Source of the DNA: Beijerinckiaceae bacterium
GTDB lineage: Bacteria > Pseudomonadota > Alphaproteobacteria > Rhizobiales > Beijerinckiaceae
Length of the DNA stretch: 64,000 bases
Assembly (NCBI GenBank): GCA_027532775.1
Contig: JAPZTO010000006.1
Location: 136,047 to 200,046 of the forward strand
Reading direction: 5' to 3'
Shown here: in pieces, positions 28,398-38,369 of the stretch
How the letters are laid out: every line of letters begins with the position of its first letter
Position numbering within the stretch: the stretch's first letter is position 1
The notes under the pieces: generated by a model
What the model was told of the DNA's origin: nothing
The model's input: only the letters and a program-made list of their open reading frames with translations
The model's database searches: none
Position numbers and translations under genes: made by a program

Positions 28398-28961
28398 ATG
28401 CGCCTGGTACGGATCCTTGGAACCCTCGCCTTCGCCCTGGCCGTTTCGGCCTGCGCGAACGGCGTGCGTTACAATCATCAGTATCTCGAAATGGAAGCGC
28501 ATGCCCCCTACACGCTGGCGGGCGGTGACCGCCTGCGTGTGATCGTCTTCGGGCAGGACAGCCTTTCCAATTCCTATGCCGTCGACGGGGCCGGCCGGAT
28601 CGCGATGCCGCTGATCGGCGTGATCGAGGCCCAGGGCCGCACCACGCTGCAACTCGCCCGGTCGATCGAGGACCGGCTCCGCGCCGGTTATCTGCGCGAG
28701 CCGAAGGTTTCGGTCGAGGTCGAGACATACCGGCCCTTCTTCGTGCTTGGCGAAGTGAATGCCTCCGGCCAGTTCCCCTATGTCAACAACATGACCGTGC
28801 AGACCGCCATTGCCATTGCCGGCGGATTTGCCCCGCGTGCCAACCGGAACTATGCCGAACTGACACGCGCGACGCCGGAAGGCATGGTGACCGTGGCTGT
28901 TCCGATGACGATGCCGGTCCGCCCCGGCGATACGATCGTCATCAAGGAACGCTTCTTCTGA
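28398..28961 (+). CDS. Outer-membrane polysaccharide export lipoprotein (Wza/OPX family)
   Basis: Lipobox VSA-C; YTLAGGDRLRVIVFGQ, MPLIG, GEVNASGQFPY, PVRPGDTIVIKERFF. Confidence 0.92.
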   Translation: MRLVRILGTLAFALAVSACANGVRYNHQYLEMEAHAPYTLAGGDRLRVIVFGQDSLSNSYAVDGAGRIAMPLIGVIEAQGRTTLQLARSIEDRLRAGYLREPKVSVEVETYRPFFVLGEVNASGQFPYVNNMTVQTAIAIAGGFAPRANRNYAELTRATPEGMVTVAVPMTMPVRPGDTIVIKERFF

Positions 28962-30121
28962 TGTCCGACGGCGCCTTGCCCGCGCGCGCAGAGCGCCCGC
29001 TCCGGATCCTCTACGTCTTCCGCGCCCCGGTCGGCGGGCTGTTCCGCAATGTCTTCGACGTCATCCGCGCCCTCGCCGCACGCGGGCATTCGATCGGGCT
29101 TCTCTGCGACAGCCAGACCGGCGGCGAACGAGGCGAAAGGCTGCTTGCGCAGCTGGCGCCGCTCCTGCCGCTCGGGATCCATCGGATGCCGATGCATCGC
29201 AACCCGCACTGGACCGACCTTCCCGCCCTGATGAAGATCCGGGCGCTGGTGCGTGACCATGATGTCGATGTCATTCATGGCCACGGCGCGAAAGGCGGCC
29301 TCTATGCGCGTTTTCCAAGCTTCCGGAAGCAGGGCGGACGGCCGATCCGCTGCTACACCCCGCATGGCGGCAGCCTGAACTACTATCCCGGCTCGCTCGC
29401 CCACAAGGGGTTCATGTTTGTGGAGAAGCTGCTGGAATCCTCCACCGACCTTTTCCTGTTCGAGAGCCGGTTCATCAACGACCGCTATGCCGAATTCGTC
29501 TGCAGGACGGAAAAGCCGGTCGTGATCGCGCTCAATGGCCTGCACCAGCATGAATTCGAGCCGGTTGTCCCGCGGGAGGACGCGACGGACTTCCTCTATG
29601 TCGGGGAATTCCGCGAGGCCAAGGGCATCGACACGCTCGTCGAGGCGCTCTTCCTTCTCGCTGCGGATGGCGTCTTTCCGACGATTACCATGGTCGGTTC
29701 CGGCCCCTCGGAAGCAAGGATCCGCCAGATGATCGTCGAGCGCGGCCTCGGGGGCAGCTTCCGCTGGCAAGGCGTCACGCCGGCCAGCGAGGCGTTCCGG
29801 CTCGGCCGCATCATGGTGGTGCCCTCCCGCTTCGAATCCCTGCCCTATATCGTGCTCGAGGCCGTTGCGGGGCAATTGCCGCTGATCAGCACGCATGTCG
29901 GCGGGATTCCGGAAGTCCTGCCCCGGGACTATCCGCTGCTGATCCCGCCGAATGATCCGGCCCGGCTGGCCGAGGCGATGCGAAAAGCCGTGCAGACGCC
30001 CTTCGAAGCCCTGCGGCAAACGGCAGCGCGGCTTTCCGCCGATGTGCAGACGCGGTTCACCGTTCCGCTGATGGTCAACACCGTCGAGGGGGCCTATCGC
30101 CGCGTGCTGGAGAAGGGCTGA
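28961..30121 (+). CDS. GT4 glycosyltransferase
   Basis: VFRAPVGGLFR, HGHGAKGG, VPSRFESLPYIVLEA; start overlaps the wza stop. Confidence 0.92.
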   Translation: MSDGALPARAERPLRILYVFRAPVGGLFRNVFDVIRALAARGHSIGLLCDSQTGGERGERLLAQLAPLLPLGIHRMPMHRNPHWTDLPALMKIRALVRDHDVDVIHGHGAKGGLYARFPSFRKQGGRPIRCYTPHGGSLNYYPGSLAHKGFMFVEKLLESSTDLFLFESRFINDRYAEFVCRTEKPVVIALNGLHQHEFEPVVPREDATDFLYVGEFREAKGIDTLVEALFLLAADGVFPTITMVGSGPSEARIRQMIVERGLGGSFRWQGVTPASEAFRLGRIMVVPSRFESLPYIVLEAVAGQLPLISTHVGGIPEVLPRDYPLLIPPNDPARLAEAMRKAVQTPFEALRQTAARLSADVQTRFTVPLMVNTVEGAYRRVLEKG

Positions 30122-30134
30122 GCGCCCGCCCGGC

Positions 30135-30149
30135 TTAACCGGATCTTGA
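30135..30149. promoter_or_regulatory. Candidate CtrA-like site upstream of the Wzy-like gene
   Basis: TTAA-ccggatc-TTGA, one mismatch from TTAA-N7-TTAA. Confidence 0.35.
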
Positions 30150-30195
30150 TCGCTGCCGACTAGCGTTCCCCCGCAGGCGCGTTTTACGCCTGCGC

Positions 30196-31575
30196 GTGGA
30201 GTTTGCGTTGCGTTCGAGGTTCCAAGGCGGAAAGCTGTCCGGGCCAGGCCTGCCCCGGCCCGGCTGGATGCGCCATTCCCCCTTCCCGTCCGGGTTGCTG
30301 ATGCCCGCCCATGCCGGCGAGCCCTTCCTGCTGCTGATGCTGGCGCTGATGGTGTTCACCGGGGCCTTCGTCATCTTCGACATTGCCTACAACCTCACGA
30401 GCATCGCCACTGTCGGGCTGTTCGCGCTGATGGGCCTACGCTTCGACCGGCGGAATGCCCCGCTCCTGCTGTTCCTGATGGTGTTCAATCTCGCCGGCCT
30501 GATCGCGCTGCAACCGCATCTCGATTTTGACGACAGCCGGGAATTCATCATCGGCACCTGCTTTGTCGCGACAACGGCCGCCTTTTTCTGCATGGCGATG
30601 AACCAGAATGCGATCCAGCGCCTCGAGGCCATCAAATGGGGCCTGCTGGCCGGGGCAAGCGCGGCCTCGCTGGCCGGGATCATTGGCTATCTCAACATTG
30701 CAGGCCTCGGCGCAGTTTTCACCATGCATGAGGGGCGCGTCTCCGGCACATTCCGCGACCCGAACGTGCTGGGCTCGTTCCTCGTCCTGCCGGCCCTTTT
30801 TCTCATCCATGACTTCCTGCGCGAGCCGCGCTGGCGGCTGTTGCGCGCGGCTTTGCTGGGGCCGATCCTCCTCGGCCTGTTCCTGACCTATTCGCGCGGG
30901 TCATGGGCAGCGATGGTCATCGGGTCGGCGGTTCTCGTCGGGCTGATGTTCGTGACGGCCCGCAACGACCAGATGCGCGCGCGGCTGACATTGCTGACCC
31001 TCGCCGGCTTCTTCGCCCTCGCGATCGGCTTCGCCGCGATCCTCTCGATCGACCGGATTGCCGAGGTCTTCGCCGACCGGTTCACCCTGCAGAAGGACTA
31101 TGATTCCGGCCCGTCCGGGCGCTTCGGCAACCAGCTCCGCTCGCTGCCGGACCTGTTGTCCCGGCCGCTGGGGCACGGCCCGAACCGGTTCTGGCTCTTC
31201 TATCCCGAGAACCCGCACAATACCTACCTGATGGCCTTTGCTTCCTATGGATGGCTCGGCGGGATCACCTTCCTCGCCTTCATCATCTCCACGATCGTGA
31301 TCTCGTGGCGGACGGTCATGCTGCGCACGCCGTTCCAGCCCTATGCCGTGGTGATCTTCGCCGGGCTCATTCCGCATCTCGTCCAGAATTTCCAGATCGA
31401 CACCGACCGCTGGCGTCATCTCTTCATGATCTATGGCCTGAGCTGGGGGCTAGCGGCGGCCTCGCGCCGGTGGCTGGACGAATACCGCTTCTATGCGAAC
31501 CTCGCCTATGCGAGCGCCCGGGACCGCGTTCGCCCGCCAGAAACCCCGCCCCTGCAGCCGCAGCCGGCGGAATAG
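30196..31575 (+). CDS. Wzy_C/O-antigen ligase family membrane protein (start uncertain: 30196, 30268 or 30301)
   Basis: Many TM segments; RVSGTFRDPNVLG, LTYSRGSW, PHNTYL. Confidence 0.88.
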   Translation: MEFALRSRFQGGKLSGPGLPRPGWMRHSPFPSGLLMPAHAGEPFLLLMLALMVFTGAFVIFDIAYNLTSIATVGLFALMGLRFDRRNAPLLLFLMVFNLAGLIALQPHLDFDDSREFIIGTCFVATTAAFFCMAMNQNAIQRLEAIKWGLLAGASAASLAGIIGYLNIAGLGAVFTMHEGRVSGTFRDPNVLGSFLVLPALFLIHDFLREPRWRLLRAALLGPILLGLFLTYSRGSWAAMVIGSAVLVGLMFVTARNDQMRARLTLLTLAGFFALAIGFAAILSIDRIAEVFADRFTLQKDYDSGPSGRFGNQLRSLPDLLSRPLGHGPNRFWLFYPENPHNTYLMAFASYGWLGGITFLAFIISTIVISWRTVMLRTPFQPYAVVIFAGLIPHLVQNFQIDTDRWRHLFMIYGLSWGLAAASRRWLDEYRFYANLAYASARDRVRPPETPPLQPQPAE

Positions 31576-31581
31576 CGCGCC

Positions 31582-32799
31582 CTAGACTCGGGCGATGAGC
31601 CCGGCATAGACCTCCTCGAGCCGGCGGCAATGCCGTTCGAGGCTGTAGGGATCGGCCCAGTATCGACGGTAGGCCCCTTCGGAGAGCCGCCTCGCAGTGC
31701 CGTCATCCGAGAGGGCAGCCAGTGCCCGGGCGAGATCGGCCGGGTCGGCCTGCCGGAACCACAAGCCGTTCTCGCCATCAACGACACTGTCCCGGGCGGC
31801 GCAGCCATCGGCGGCTATCACCGGCGTGCCGAGCGCCAGCGCCTCGAGAACGGTCAGCGGCTGGCCCTCGTGCCAGAGCGAGGGGAAGACCAGCGCCCGG
31901 GCCGCCCGGAGATGGCGGCGGACACCGGCGGCATCCTGCCAGCCGACCAGCCGCGCCTCGGGAAAGCGTTGGCGCAACTCGTCGGCCAGCGGGCCATCGC
32001 CCACGAAAACCGGCGTGATGCCGGCAATCCGCGCGGCCTCGGCGAAGACGAAGATGCCCTTCTCCGTCGACAGACGGCCAAGATAGAGGATCTCGCCCGA
32101 GGCCGGATCGGGCTTGGGGCCGAGATCCTCGGCCTCGATCGGGTTGGCGATCTCGTGCAGGCGGGTTCCGGCGGGCAGGTGCGGCGCAATCACATCCCGC
32201 TGGTAGGCGTGGAAATAGACGATATCCGGCAAGGCCTCGGGCAGCCGGTGGACATGCTTCATCGCCGCTGTCCGCACACTCCGCCACGCCTTGTGGAGGC
32301 GGGAGCGCGAATCGCATGCCGTGGCGAGGCAGGCCGGAGAGAGCGGCCGCAGCGGGCAGTGCCGGTGCTGGACGTAGTTGTAGAAGCCTCCATTCGGGCA
32401 GAGCAGGAAATACTCGTGCATCGTGTAGAGTGCGGGAAGCCCCGATTTCCGGATCGGGCCGGCAATCGAGGAGGACAGCGCCTTGGCCCAGCCATGGACA
32501 TGGATCACCGTGTCGCCGCGCGGCTGCGAAGCCAGCAGAGTCTCGAGCGCTTCGGCAGCGGCTTCGTTGTGAATGCCCCGCCAGGCGGCACGCAGGGTCG
32601 AGCCATCCTTGATCAGTTCGCTCTGGCCCAACACATGGACCGGGATGCCGGCCGCCGCCAGTTCCGCCGCCGCCGGGCCTACCGCCGCGAAGACGATCGG
32701 CTCGTGCCCGCGCGCCTTCAGCCCGAGCGCCGAATCGAGCGCGACCTTGGCCTGTCCGCCATTGACGAACGCCGTATCCAGAACCAGCACGATGCGCAT
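31582..32799 (-). CDS. GT4 glycosyltransferase
   Basis: TMHEYFLLCPNG, YLGRLSTEKG, FPSLWHEGQPLTVLEA. Confidence 0.9.
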   Translation of the reverse strand: MRIVLVLDTAFVNGGQAKVALDSALGLKARGHEPIVFAAVGPAAAELAAAGIPVHVLGQSELIKDGSTLRAAWRGIHNEAAAEALETLLASQPRGDTVIHVHGWAKALSSSIAGPIRKSGLPALYTMHEYFLLCPNGGFYNYVQHRHCPLRPLSPACLATACDSRSRLHKAWRSVRTAAMKHVHRLPEALPDIVYFHAYQRDVIAPHLPAGTRLHEIANPIEAEDLGPKPDPASGEILYLGRLSTEKGIFVFAEAARIAGITPVFVGDGPLADELRQRFPEARLVGWQDAAGVRRHLRAARALVFPSLWHEGQPLTVLEALALGTPVIAADGCAARDSVVDGENGLWFRQADPADLARALAALSDDGTARRLSEGAYRRYWADPYSLERHCRRLEEVYAGLIARV

Positions 32800-32999
32800 G
32801 AGGCTTCTCCCGACAGGCAGGGTCTAGCCGAGATTGGTGAACAATCCAGAACCGGAGAAAAGGAGCGGCCAGCAGGGTCAGCGGTTGGGCGAAGCATTTG
32901 AAACATGGCGCGTGCTCCATGGCACGGCATGGAAACTGCCCTTGTTCTTAAAGGAACCGACGAAGCCACGCCCGCAAGGGTTGCCTGGAGGAGCCCCAG

Positions 33000-33599
33000 A
33001 TGATTGCCAAAACGCCGATCCCCGAACCGTCCGCCTTGTCCCGCCGATCGCTACTGACGCTTCTGGGCGCAGCGTTGCCGACGGCATCGGCCCTGGCACA
33101 GGCGATCCCACCCGGTGTGCCGGGTCGCCTCACCTTCGACGGCCGCACCTTCCTGTTCCGTTTCGCCAAGAACGGGCTGCATGAATTCACACCGGAGCCC
33201 GAGACCGATCTCCATGGCTTTACCAACATGCTCACCGTCAACGTGCTGAAGACCGTGACAGATCCCGAGGCTCTTGCCCGGATGGCGAACGGTGTGGTCG
33301 CACGCTCGCAGCAGTTGGGTCGGATCATGAAGACGGCATCGAAGCCCGCCAAGCCTGGCAGCCCGGCCGAACACCTGATTGTCGCGGTTCTCGGTCAGCC
33401 CAAATTCCTCGAAGCTGCCTTCACCCGGGTCTTCCTGCTCGGCGGATGCGGCTTTGCCATGGTCTATTCGTATCGCATCTACCAGGAAAAGGCCGGTCCA
33501 GCCATGGCCGAATGGCTCAATGCCAATGGCAACAGGCTCGAAGCCAATTTGGTGAAATGGAATGATTTCGCGCTGATCGAACCGATGGCGAAGGCCTGA
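33000..33599 (+). CDS. Hypothetical Tat-exported protein
   Basis: SRRSLL twin-arginine motif followed by a hydrophobic stretch and ALA-Q. Confidence 0.68.
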   Translation: MIAKTPIPEPSALSRRSLLTLLGAALPTASALAQAIPPGVPGRLTFDGRTFLFRFAKNGLHEFTPEPETDLHGFTNMLTVNVLKTVTDPEALARMANGVVARSQQLGRIMKTASKPAKPGSPAEHLIVAVLGQPKFLEAAFTRVFLLGGCGFAMVYSYRIYQEKAGPAMAEWLNANGNRLEANLVKWNDFALIEPMAKA

Positions 33600-33675
33600 A
33601 CACCCCCGGGCATGCCGGCCGGGCACGACGCTGACCTGTGCGCCGGCGCACCGCCGCAGCCCGGCTTGCGCGACT

Positions 33676-33756
33676 AGAAACAGCGGAACAGGGCCGCTGA
33701 AACAACTCCGTCAGAACTGAAACAAACCGACGCCCCCGCAACACGGCGCTGAAACA
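33676..33756 (+). promoter_or_regulatory. Cluster of direct TGAAACA repeats
   Basis: TGAAACA at 33698, 33718, 33750 and AGAAACA at 33676. Confidence 0.55.
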
Positions 33757-33833
33757 GCCCCGGCCTAGAACCGGATCATCGCAAAACGGCGCCGCAAGGG
33801 TGCCGATGGCAACAGAAAACAGGAAGGTGCATC

Positions 33834-34157
33834 ATGAATATGATCGTCAAGACCCTCGCCACCGCCCTGCTGGGCCTCGGTCTCTCGGTCGGCATGGCTC
33901 AGGCCGCGCTGTCACCCAAGGCCGCGCCGGAACCCAAGCCGGCCGCGAAGAATGTCCGCCCGGTCATCAAGGAGAGCGACCGCCCGATCGTGGCACCGGA
34001 AGGTTGTCTCGCCAACGGCCTCCCCAACGGCTCGACCTGCACTGCGGAGACAGGCACCAGCCGCACGGGCGCGCCGATCCGGGTCATCCCGCTTTACAAG
34101 GTCACCAAGGTCGAGGTTTGCCTGCCGGATACCGGTGATTGCCAGCCGCGCCGCTAA
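33834..34157 (+). CDS. Small exported protein with 4 Cys
   Basis: Signal MNMIVKTLATALLGLGLSVGMAQA; GGAAGG RBS. Confidence 0.7.
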   Translation: MNMIVKTLATALLGLGLSVGMAQAALSPKAAPEPKPAAKNVRPVIKESDRPIVAPEGCLANGLPNGSTCTAETGTSRTGAPIRVIPLYKVTKVEVCLPDTGDCQPRR

Positions 34158-34199
34158 AGCGTTTGATGCTTGCGTCGCATCCAGCTCCGGACCTCCCCA

Positions 34200-34802
34200 G
34201 TGATCACGCTCTATGCCCTCAAGCCACGCTTCCAGGCCCTGCTTCGGCCCTTCGTGGCGCGCCTTGCCGCGCAGGGGTTCACCGCAAACCAGGTGACCGT
34301 TGCCGCAGCGGCCGGCTCGATTCTTGTCGGCCTGTTGCTGGTCGCGCTGCCCCATTGGCGGTTCCTGTTCCTGATCCTGCCGATATGGCTGGCTGCCCGG
34401 ATGGCGCTGAACGCCATTGACGGCATGCTGGCCCGCGAACACGGTCAGAAGAGCCGGCTTGGCGGGTATCTCAACGAACTGGGCGATGTGATTTCCGATG
34501 CCGCTCTACTGCTGCCTTTCGTGTTCCTGCCGCCTTTCGGGCCTGTCTCCACCATTACCGTGATGGTCCTTGCCGCGGCTTCCGAACATGCCGGGGCGAT
34601 GGGGCCGATGGTCGGCGCAAGCCGCCGCTACGATGGACCGCTTGGCAAGAGTGACCGCGCCTTGGTCATCGGCGCGCTGGGCCTCTGGATCGGGCTCGGC
34701 CTGCCCCTGCCCGCCCTGCTCGGATGGCTCATGCCGATCCTGGCCCTGCTGCTTGTCATGACCCTTGCCAACCGCATTCGTGGCGGCCTCCGCGAACCCT
34801 GA
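34200..34802 (+). CDS. CDP-alcohol phosphatidyltransferase (YnbA-like)
   Basis: TLYALKPRFQALLRP N-terminus; DGMLARE...GGYLNELGDVISD variant of the CDP-alcohol motif; GPLGKSDRA. Confidence 0.88.
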   Translation: MITLYALKPRFQALLRPFVARLAAQGFTANQVTVAAAAGSILVGLLLVALPHWRFLFLILPIWLAARMALNAIDGMLAREHGQKSRLGGYLNELGDVISDAALLLPFVFLPPFGPVSTITVMVLAAASEHAGAMGPMVGASRRYDGPLGKSDRALVIGALGLWIGLGLPLPALLGWLMPILALLLVMTLANRIRGGLREP

Positions 34803-34820
34803 CCACAAGGAAACCTTCCC

Positions 34821-36581
34821 GTGACCCGCGCGCCTGTCGAACGGCACTTCACCACCCATGACGGCGAGAGCCTGTTTTTCCGCCATTGGCCGGCGGCGAG
34901 CGGCACACCGCGCGGCGCCATCCTGCTGTTCCATCGTGGACATGAGCATGGCGGCCGGATGGCGCATCTTGTCGATGAACTCGATCTGCCGGATTTCGCC
35001 TTCTACGCCTGGGATGCGCGCGGGCATGGCCTGTCGCCCGGCGAGCGGGGGGCCTCGCCCTCGTTCGGCACCTCGGTGCGGGACATCCAGACGTTCGTGC
35101 AGCACATTACCGGCGCGGACGGCATCGCGGTGCAGGACATGGCCATTGTCGCGCAGTCGGTTGGCGCGGTCCTTGCCGCAACCTTCGTGCATGATTACGC
35201 ACCCGCGCTGCGCGCGATGGTGCTGGCGTCTCCGGCCTTCTCGGTGAAGCTTTATGTGCCCTTCGCCCGATCCGGACTGAAACTGATGCAGCGCCTGAAG
35301 GGCAACTTCTTCGTCAACTCCTACGTCAAGCCGCGCTTCCTCACGCATGACCCGGCGCGGCAGGCTTCGTATGCCACCGATCCGCTCATCACGCGGCCGA
35401 TTGCGGTCAACATCCTGCTGGGGCTCTACGAAGCGGCTGAGCGGGTTGTAAAGGATGCAAGGGCGATCCAGGTTCCCACGCAATTGCTGATTTCCGGTGC
35501 CGATTTCGTCGTGCGCCACCAGCCGCAGCATGATTTCTTCGTTCGGCTCGGCACGCCGGTGAAGGAGCGGCATGTCCTGCCCGGCTTTTTCCATGACACA
35601 TTGGGCGAGCGTGACCGAGCGAAGGCGATCGCCGAGGCGCGGCGCTTCCTGCTCGAACGGTTTGACGCGCCGCTCGACCGCCCGGACCTCAAGGATGCGC
35701 ATCGGTACAGCGCTTCGCGTGATGAAGCCGACGCGCTGGCCTCACCGCTTCCCCTCCTGTCTCCGCGCGGACTCTACTGGGCTGGCTACCGTGCCAATCT
35801 CCGGATCGGCGGCTTCCTGTCGAAGGGGATCGCCCTCGGACTCAAGACCGGTTTCGATTCCGGCTCGACGCTCGATTATGTCTATCGAAACCAGCCCGAC
35901 GGTCTCGGTGCGATGGGCAGGCAGGTCGACCGGACCTATCTTGACGCGATCGGATGGAAGGGCATCCGCCAGCGCAAGGTGAATATCGAGGAGATGATCC
36001 GGGTTGCGCTGGCGCGCCTTGCGCAGGCCGGCCAACCGAGACACGTGATGGATATTGCAGCCGGGCATGGCCGGTACGTCCTGGAAGCACTGACAGCCAC
36101 AACCGACCGTCCCGATTCGATCACGCTGCGCGATTACCATGAACTCAATGTCGAGGGGGGGCGTGCATTGATCGCGCAGAAAGGCCTCGATGACCTCGCT
36201 CGCTTTGAGAAGGCCGATGCTTTCGACCGGGAATCCATAGCCCGGGCAGACCCCAAGCCGACGCTTGGCATCGTCTCGGGACTGTATGAGCTGTTCCCGG
36301 ACAATGATCTTGTGCGCCGCTCGCTCGACGGCTTCGCCGCTGCCATCGCGCCGGGTGGATATCTCATCTATACCAACCAGCCATTTCACCCGCAGCTCGA
36401 GATGATCGCGCGGGCCTTGACCTCCCACCGCGGCGGGCAAGCCTGGGTCATGCGCCGGCGCAGCCAGGCAGAGATGGACCAGCTCGTCGCGGCGGCAGGC
36501 TTCGACAAGATCGACCAGCGGATCGACGAATGGGGCATCTTCACGGTTTCCCTGGCCCGGCGCCGGACGGGGGCTCCATGA
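34821..36581 (+). CDS. Alpha/beta hydrolase fused to a SAM-methyltransferase domain (YnbC-like)
   Basis: LFHRGHEHGGR, AQSVGA nucleophile elbow, GFFHD; GFDSGSTLDYVYRN, MDIAAGHGRY, SGLYELF. Confidence 0.88.
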   Translation: MTRAPVERHFTTHDGESLFFRHWPAASGTPRGAILLFHRGHEHGGRMAHLVDELDLPDFAFYAWDARGHGLSPGERGASPSFGTSVRDIQTFVQHITGADGIAVQDMAIVAQSVGAVLAATFVHDYAPALRAMVLASPAFSVKLYVPFARSGLKLMQRLKGNFFVNSYVKPRFLTHDPARQASYATDPLITRPIAVNILLGLYEAAERVVKDARAIQVPTQLLISGADFVVRHQPQHDFFVRLGTPVKERHVLPGFFHDTLGERDRAKAIAEARRFLLERFDAPLDRPDLKDAHRYSASRDEADALASPLPLLSPRGLYWAGYRANLRIGGFLSKGIALGLKTGFDSGSTLDYVYRNQPDGLGAMGRQVDRTYLDAIGWKGIRQRKVNIEEMIRVALARLAQAGQPRHVMDIAAGHGRYVLEALTATTDRPDSITLRDYHELNVEGGRALIAQKGLDDLARFEKADAFDRESIARADPKPTLGIVSGLYELFPDNDLVRRSLDGFAAAIAPGGYLIYTNQPFHPQLEMIARALTSHRGGQAWVMRRRSQAEMDQLVAAAGFDKIDQRIDEWGIFTVSLARRRTGAP

Positions 36582-37927
36582 ACAGCCCGATACCCCACCC
36601 GATGAATCCCGTCACGCAGCCGCAACCTGCAGAGGCCCGGCCCATCGCCCGGGCCTTCGCCTATCTCGCCGGACTCGGCGCATTTTTCTATGCCAGCTAC
36701 GGGTTCGCCAACTGGGTCAGCAGCCTGCGGGCCGATGTCCCGGCCATCGTTTTCGGCTGGGAACGCGCAGTGCCGTTTCTCGCATGGACGATCGTTCCTT
36801 ACTGGACGACGAACCTGTTCTACGCCACGTCCCTGCTTTTCACGCGGACCCGCCGGGAACTTGATGTCCATGCCCGGCGGCTGCTCACCGCGCAGGTCAT
36901 CGCGGTGACGTTTTTCCTGATCGCTCCGCTCAAGTTCTCGTGGCCGAAGCCGGATACGTCCGGTCTATTCGGCTTCTTCTTCGAGGCGCTCGGCGCATTC
37001 GACAAACCGTTCAACCAGGCCCCCTCGCTGCATGTGGCACTGACCGTAATCCTGATCGCACGGTTTTCCCGATTGCTGCCACAGCGCTGGTTCGCGCTGT
37101 TTCTCGGCTGGTCGGTGCTGGTCGTCGCCTCGGTGATGACCACCTTCCAGCACCATTTCATCGATATCCCGACCGGTGCCCTGCTGGGGCTCGCCTGCCT
37201 CTGGTTCTGGCGCGACGACGGCACCACTGCGATCGACGCGATGCGGTTGACGGACGATCCACGGCGTCGCCGGCTCGCCCTGCTCTACAGTTTCGGCGCG
37301 ATCGCCTGTTCTCTGCCGGCAATCAGCCTTGGCGGCTGGGCGTTGTGGCTGTTCTGGCCGGCGCTGTCACTCGCCATGGTGGCACTGGCCTATCTTCTGC
37401 TGGGTCCAGCCACTTTCATGAAAGACGAGACCGGGGCCATCGCATGGCCCGCCCGTCTGCTGCTCGCACCCTATCTTGGTATGGCTTGGCTGAACTCCCG
37501 GCTCTGGACGCGGAACGACCGGAGCGCCCCCCGCGTGGCCGACGGCGTCCATCTCGGGCGTTTTCCTGCGGCAGGCGAAGCGGCCGAGTTCGATGCCGTG
37601 ATCGACCTGACCGCGGAAATGTCGCGCGGCCAGCCGCATGCCGGGTGGCTGGCCTTGCCGATGCTCGACCTCGTTGCCCCGACGCCTCACGACTTGCGGC
37701 GCGCTGCGGCGGCGATCGAGGCTGCGCACCGCGAGTCCGGCATGGTTCTGGTCTGCTGTGCGCTGGGCTACGGCCGGAGCGTCGCCGCATTGCTCGTCTG
37801 GCTCGTGATGACGGGCCGCGCGCCGGATCTGGCAACCGCGCTCGCGCAGATGCAGATCATCCGGCCCCGACTGGCCCTTAACCCGGCCCAACGCGAGGCC
37901 GTTCAACAGGCGATCCATGGTGGATGA
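36578..37927 (+). CDS. PAP2-like membrane phosphatase fused to a dual-specificity phosphatase domain (YnbD-like)
   Basis: ATGA overlap with the upstream stop; NQAPSLH, TTFQHHFID; C-terminal VCCALGYGRS (CX5R). Confidence 0.87.
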   Translation: MNSPIPHPMNPVTQPQPAEARPIARAFAYLAGLGAFFYASYGFANWVSSLRADVPAIVFGWERAVPFLAWTIVPYWTTNLFYATSLLFTRTRRELDVHARRLLTAQVIAVTFFLIAPLKFSWPKPDTSGLFGFFFEALGAFDKPFNQAPSLHVALTVILIARFSRLLPQRWFALFLGWSVLVVASVMTTFQHHFIDIPTGALLGLACLWFWRDDGTTAIDAMRLTDDPRRRRLALLYSFGAIACSLPAISLGGWALWLFWPALSLAMVALAYLLLGPATFMKDETGAIAWPARLLLAPYLGMAWLNSRLWTRNDRSAPRVADGVHLGRFPAAGEAAEFDAVIDLTAEMSRGQPHAGWLALPMLDLVAPTPHDLRRAAAAIEAAHRESGMVLVCCALGYGRSVAALLVWLVMTGRAPDLATALAQMQIIRPRLALNPAQREAVQQAIHGG

Positions 37928-38369
37928 ATCGGAAATCCGGGCCCGCCCGGTGGTGATGGCGGCCCTGCTCCGGCAGGGTCGGCTGGTCCATGGTGTCGGC
38001 CTCGTCTTCCTTGTCGCGACCCTCGCTCTTGCGATCGGTCTTGCGCTTGATGGCAGACTTGCCGGACCAGCGGCACTGCTCCTGGGCTGCGGCCTTCTGG
38101 CGGGGCTGGGGGAGAGCTGGTTCGCCTTCAGGGTTGCGCTGGATGCGGATCTGTTCCGCCGGATCGGCGCCGGTCAGCTGACGCTGGACGGGCTTGATGC
38201 CGCGCTGTCCGGACTGGGACTGCTGCCGCAGGGCAAGGCAGGCCGCCCACTCGACGCCCGCATGGCAGGGGCAAAGGCGTTGCTGGCCAAACAGGTTGGC
38301 CTTGCCGGGCTGCAGCTCATATTGCTTCTGGCGATGCTTGCGATCCTCATCCTGCGGACCCCGTCATGA
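37917..38369 (+). CDS. Hypothetical membrane protein of the ynb-like operon
   Basis: Three hydrophobic stretches; RVALDADLF; overlaps both neighbours. Confidence 0.7.
   Translation: MVDESEIRARPVVMAALLRQGRLVHGVGLVFLVATLALAIGLALDGRLAGPAALLLGCGLLAGLGESWFAFRVALDADLFRRIGAGQLTLDGLDAALSGLGLLPQGKAGRPLDARMAGAKALLAKQVGLAGLQLILLLAMLAILILRTPS

Noticed and set aside
33600-33830. Repeats resembling a mini CRISPR array
   Set aside because: The shared unit is only 7-8 bp with irregular spacing, and there are no cas genes; reinterpreted as a regulatory motif.
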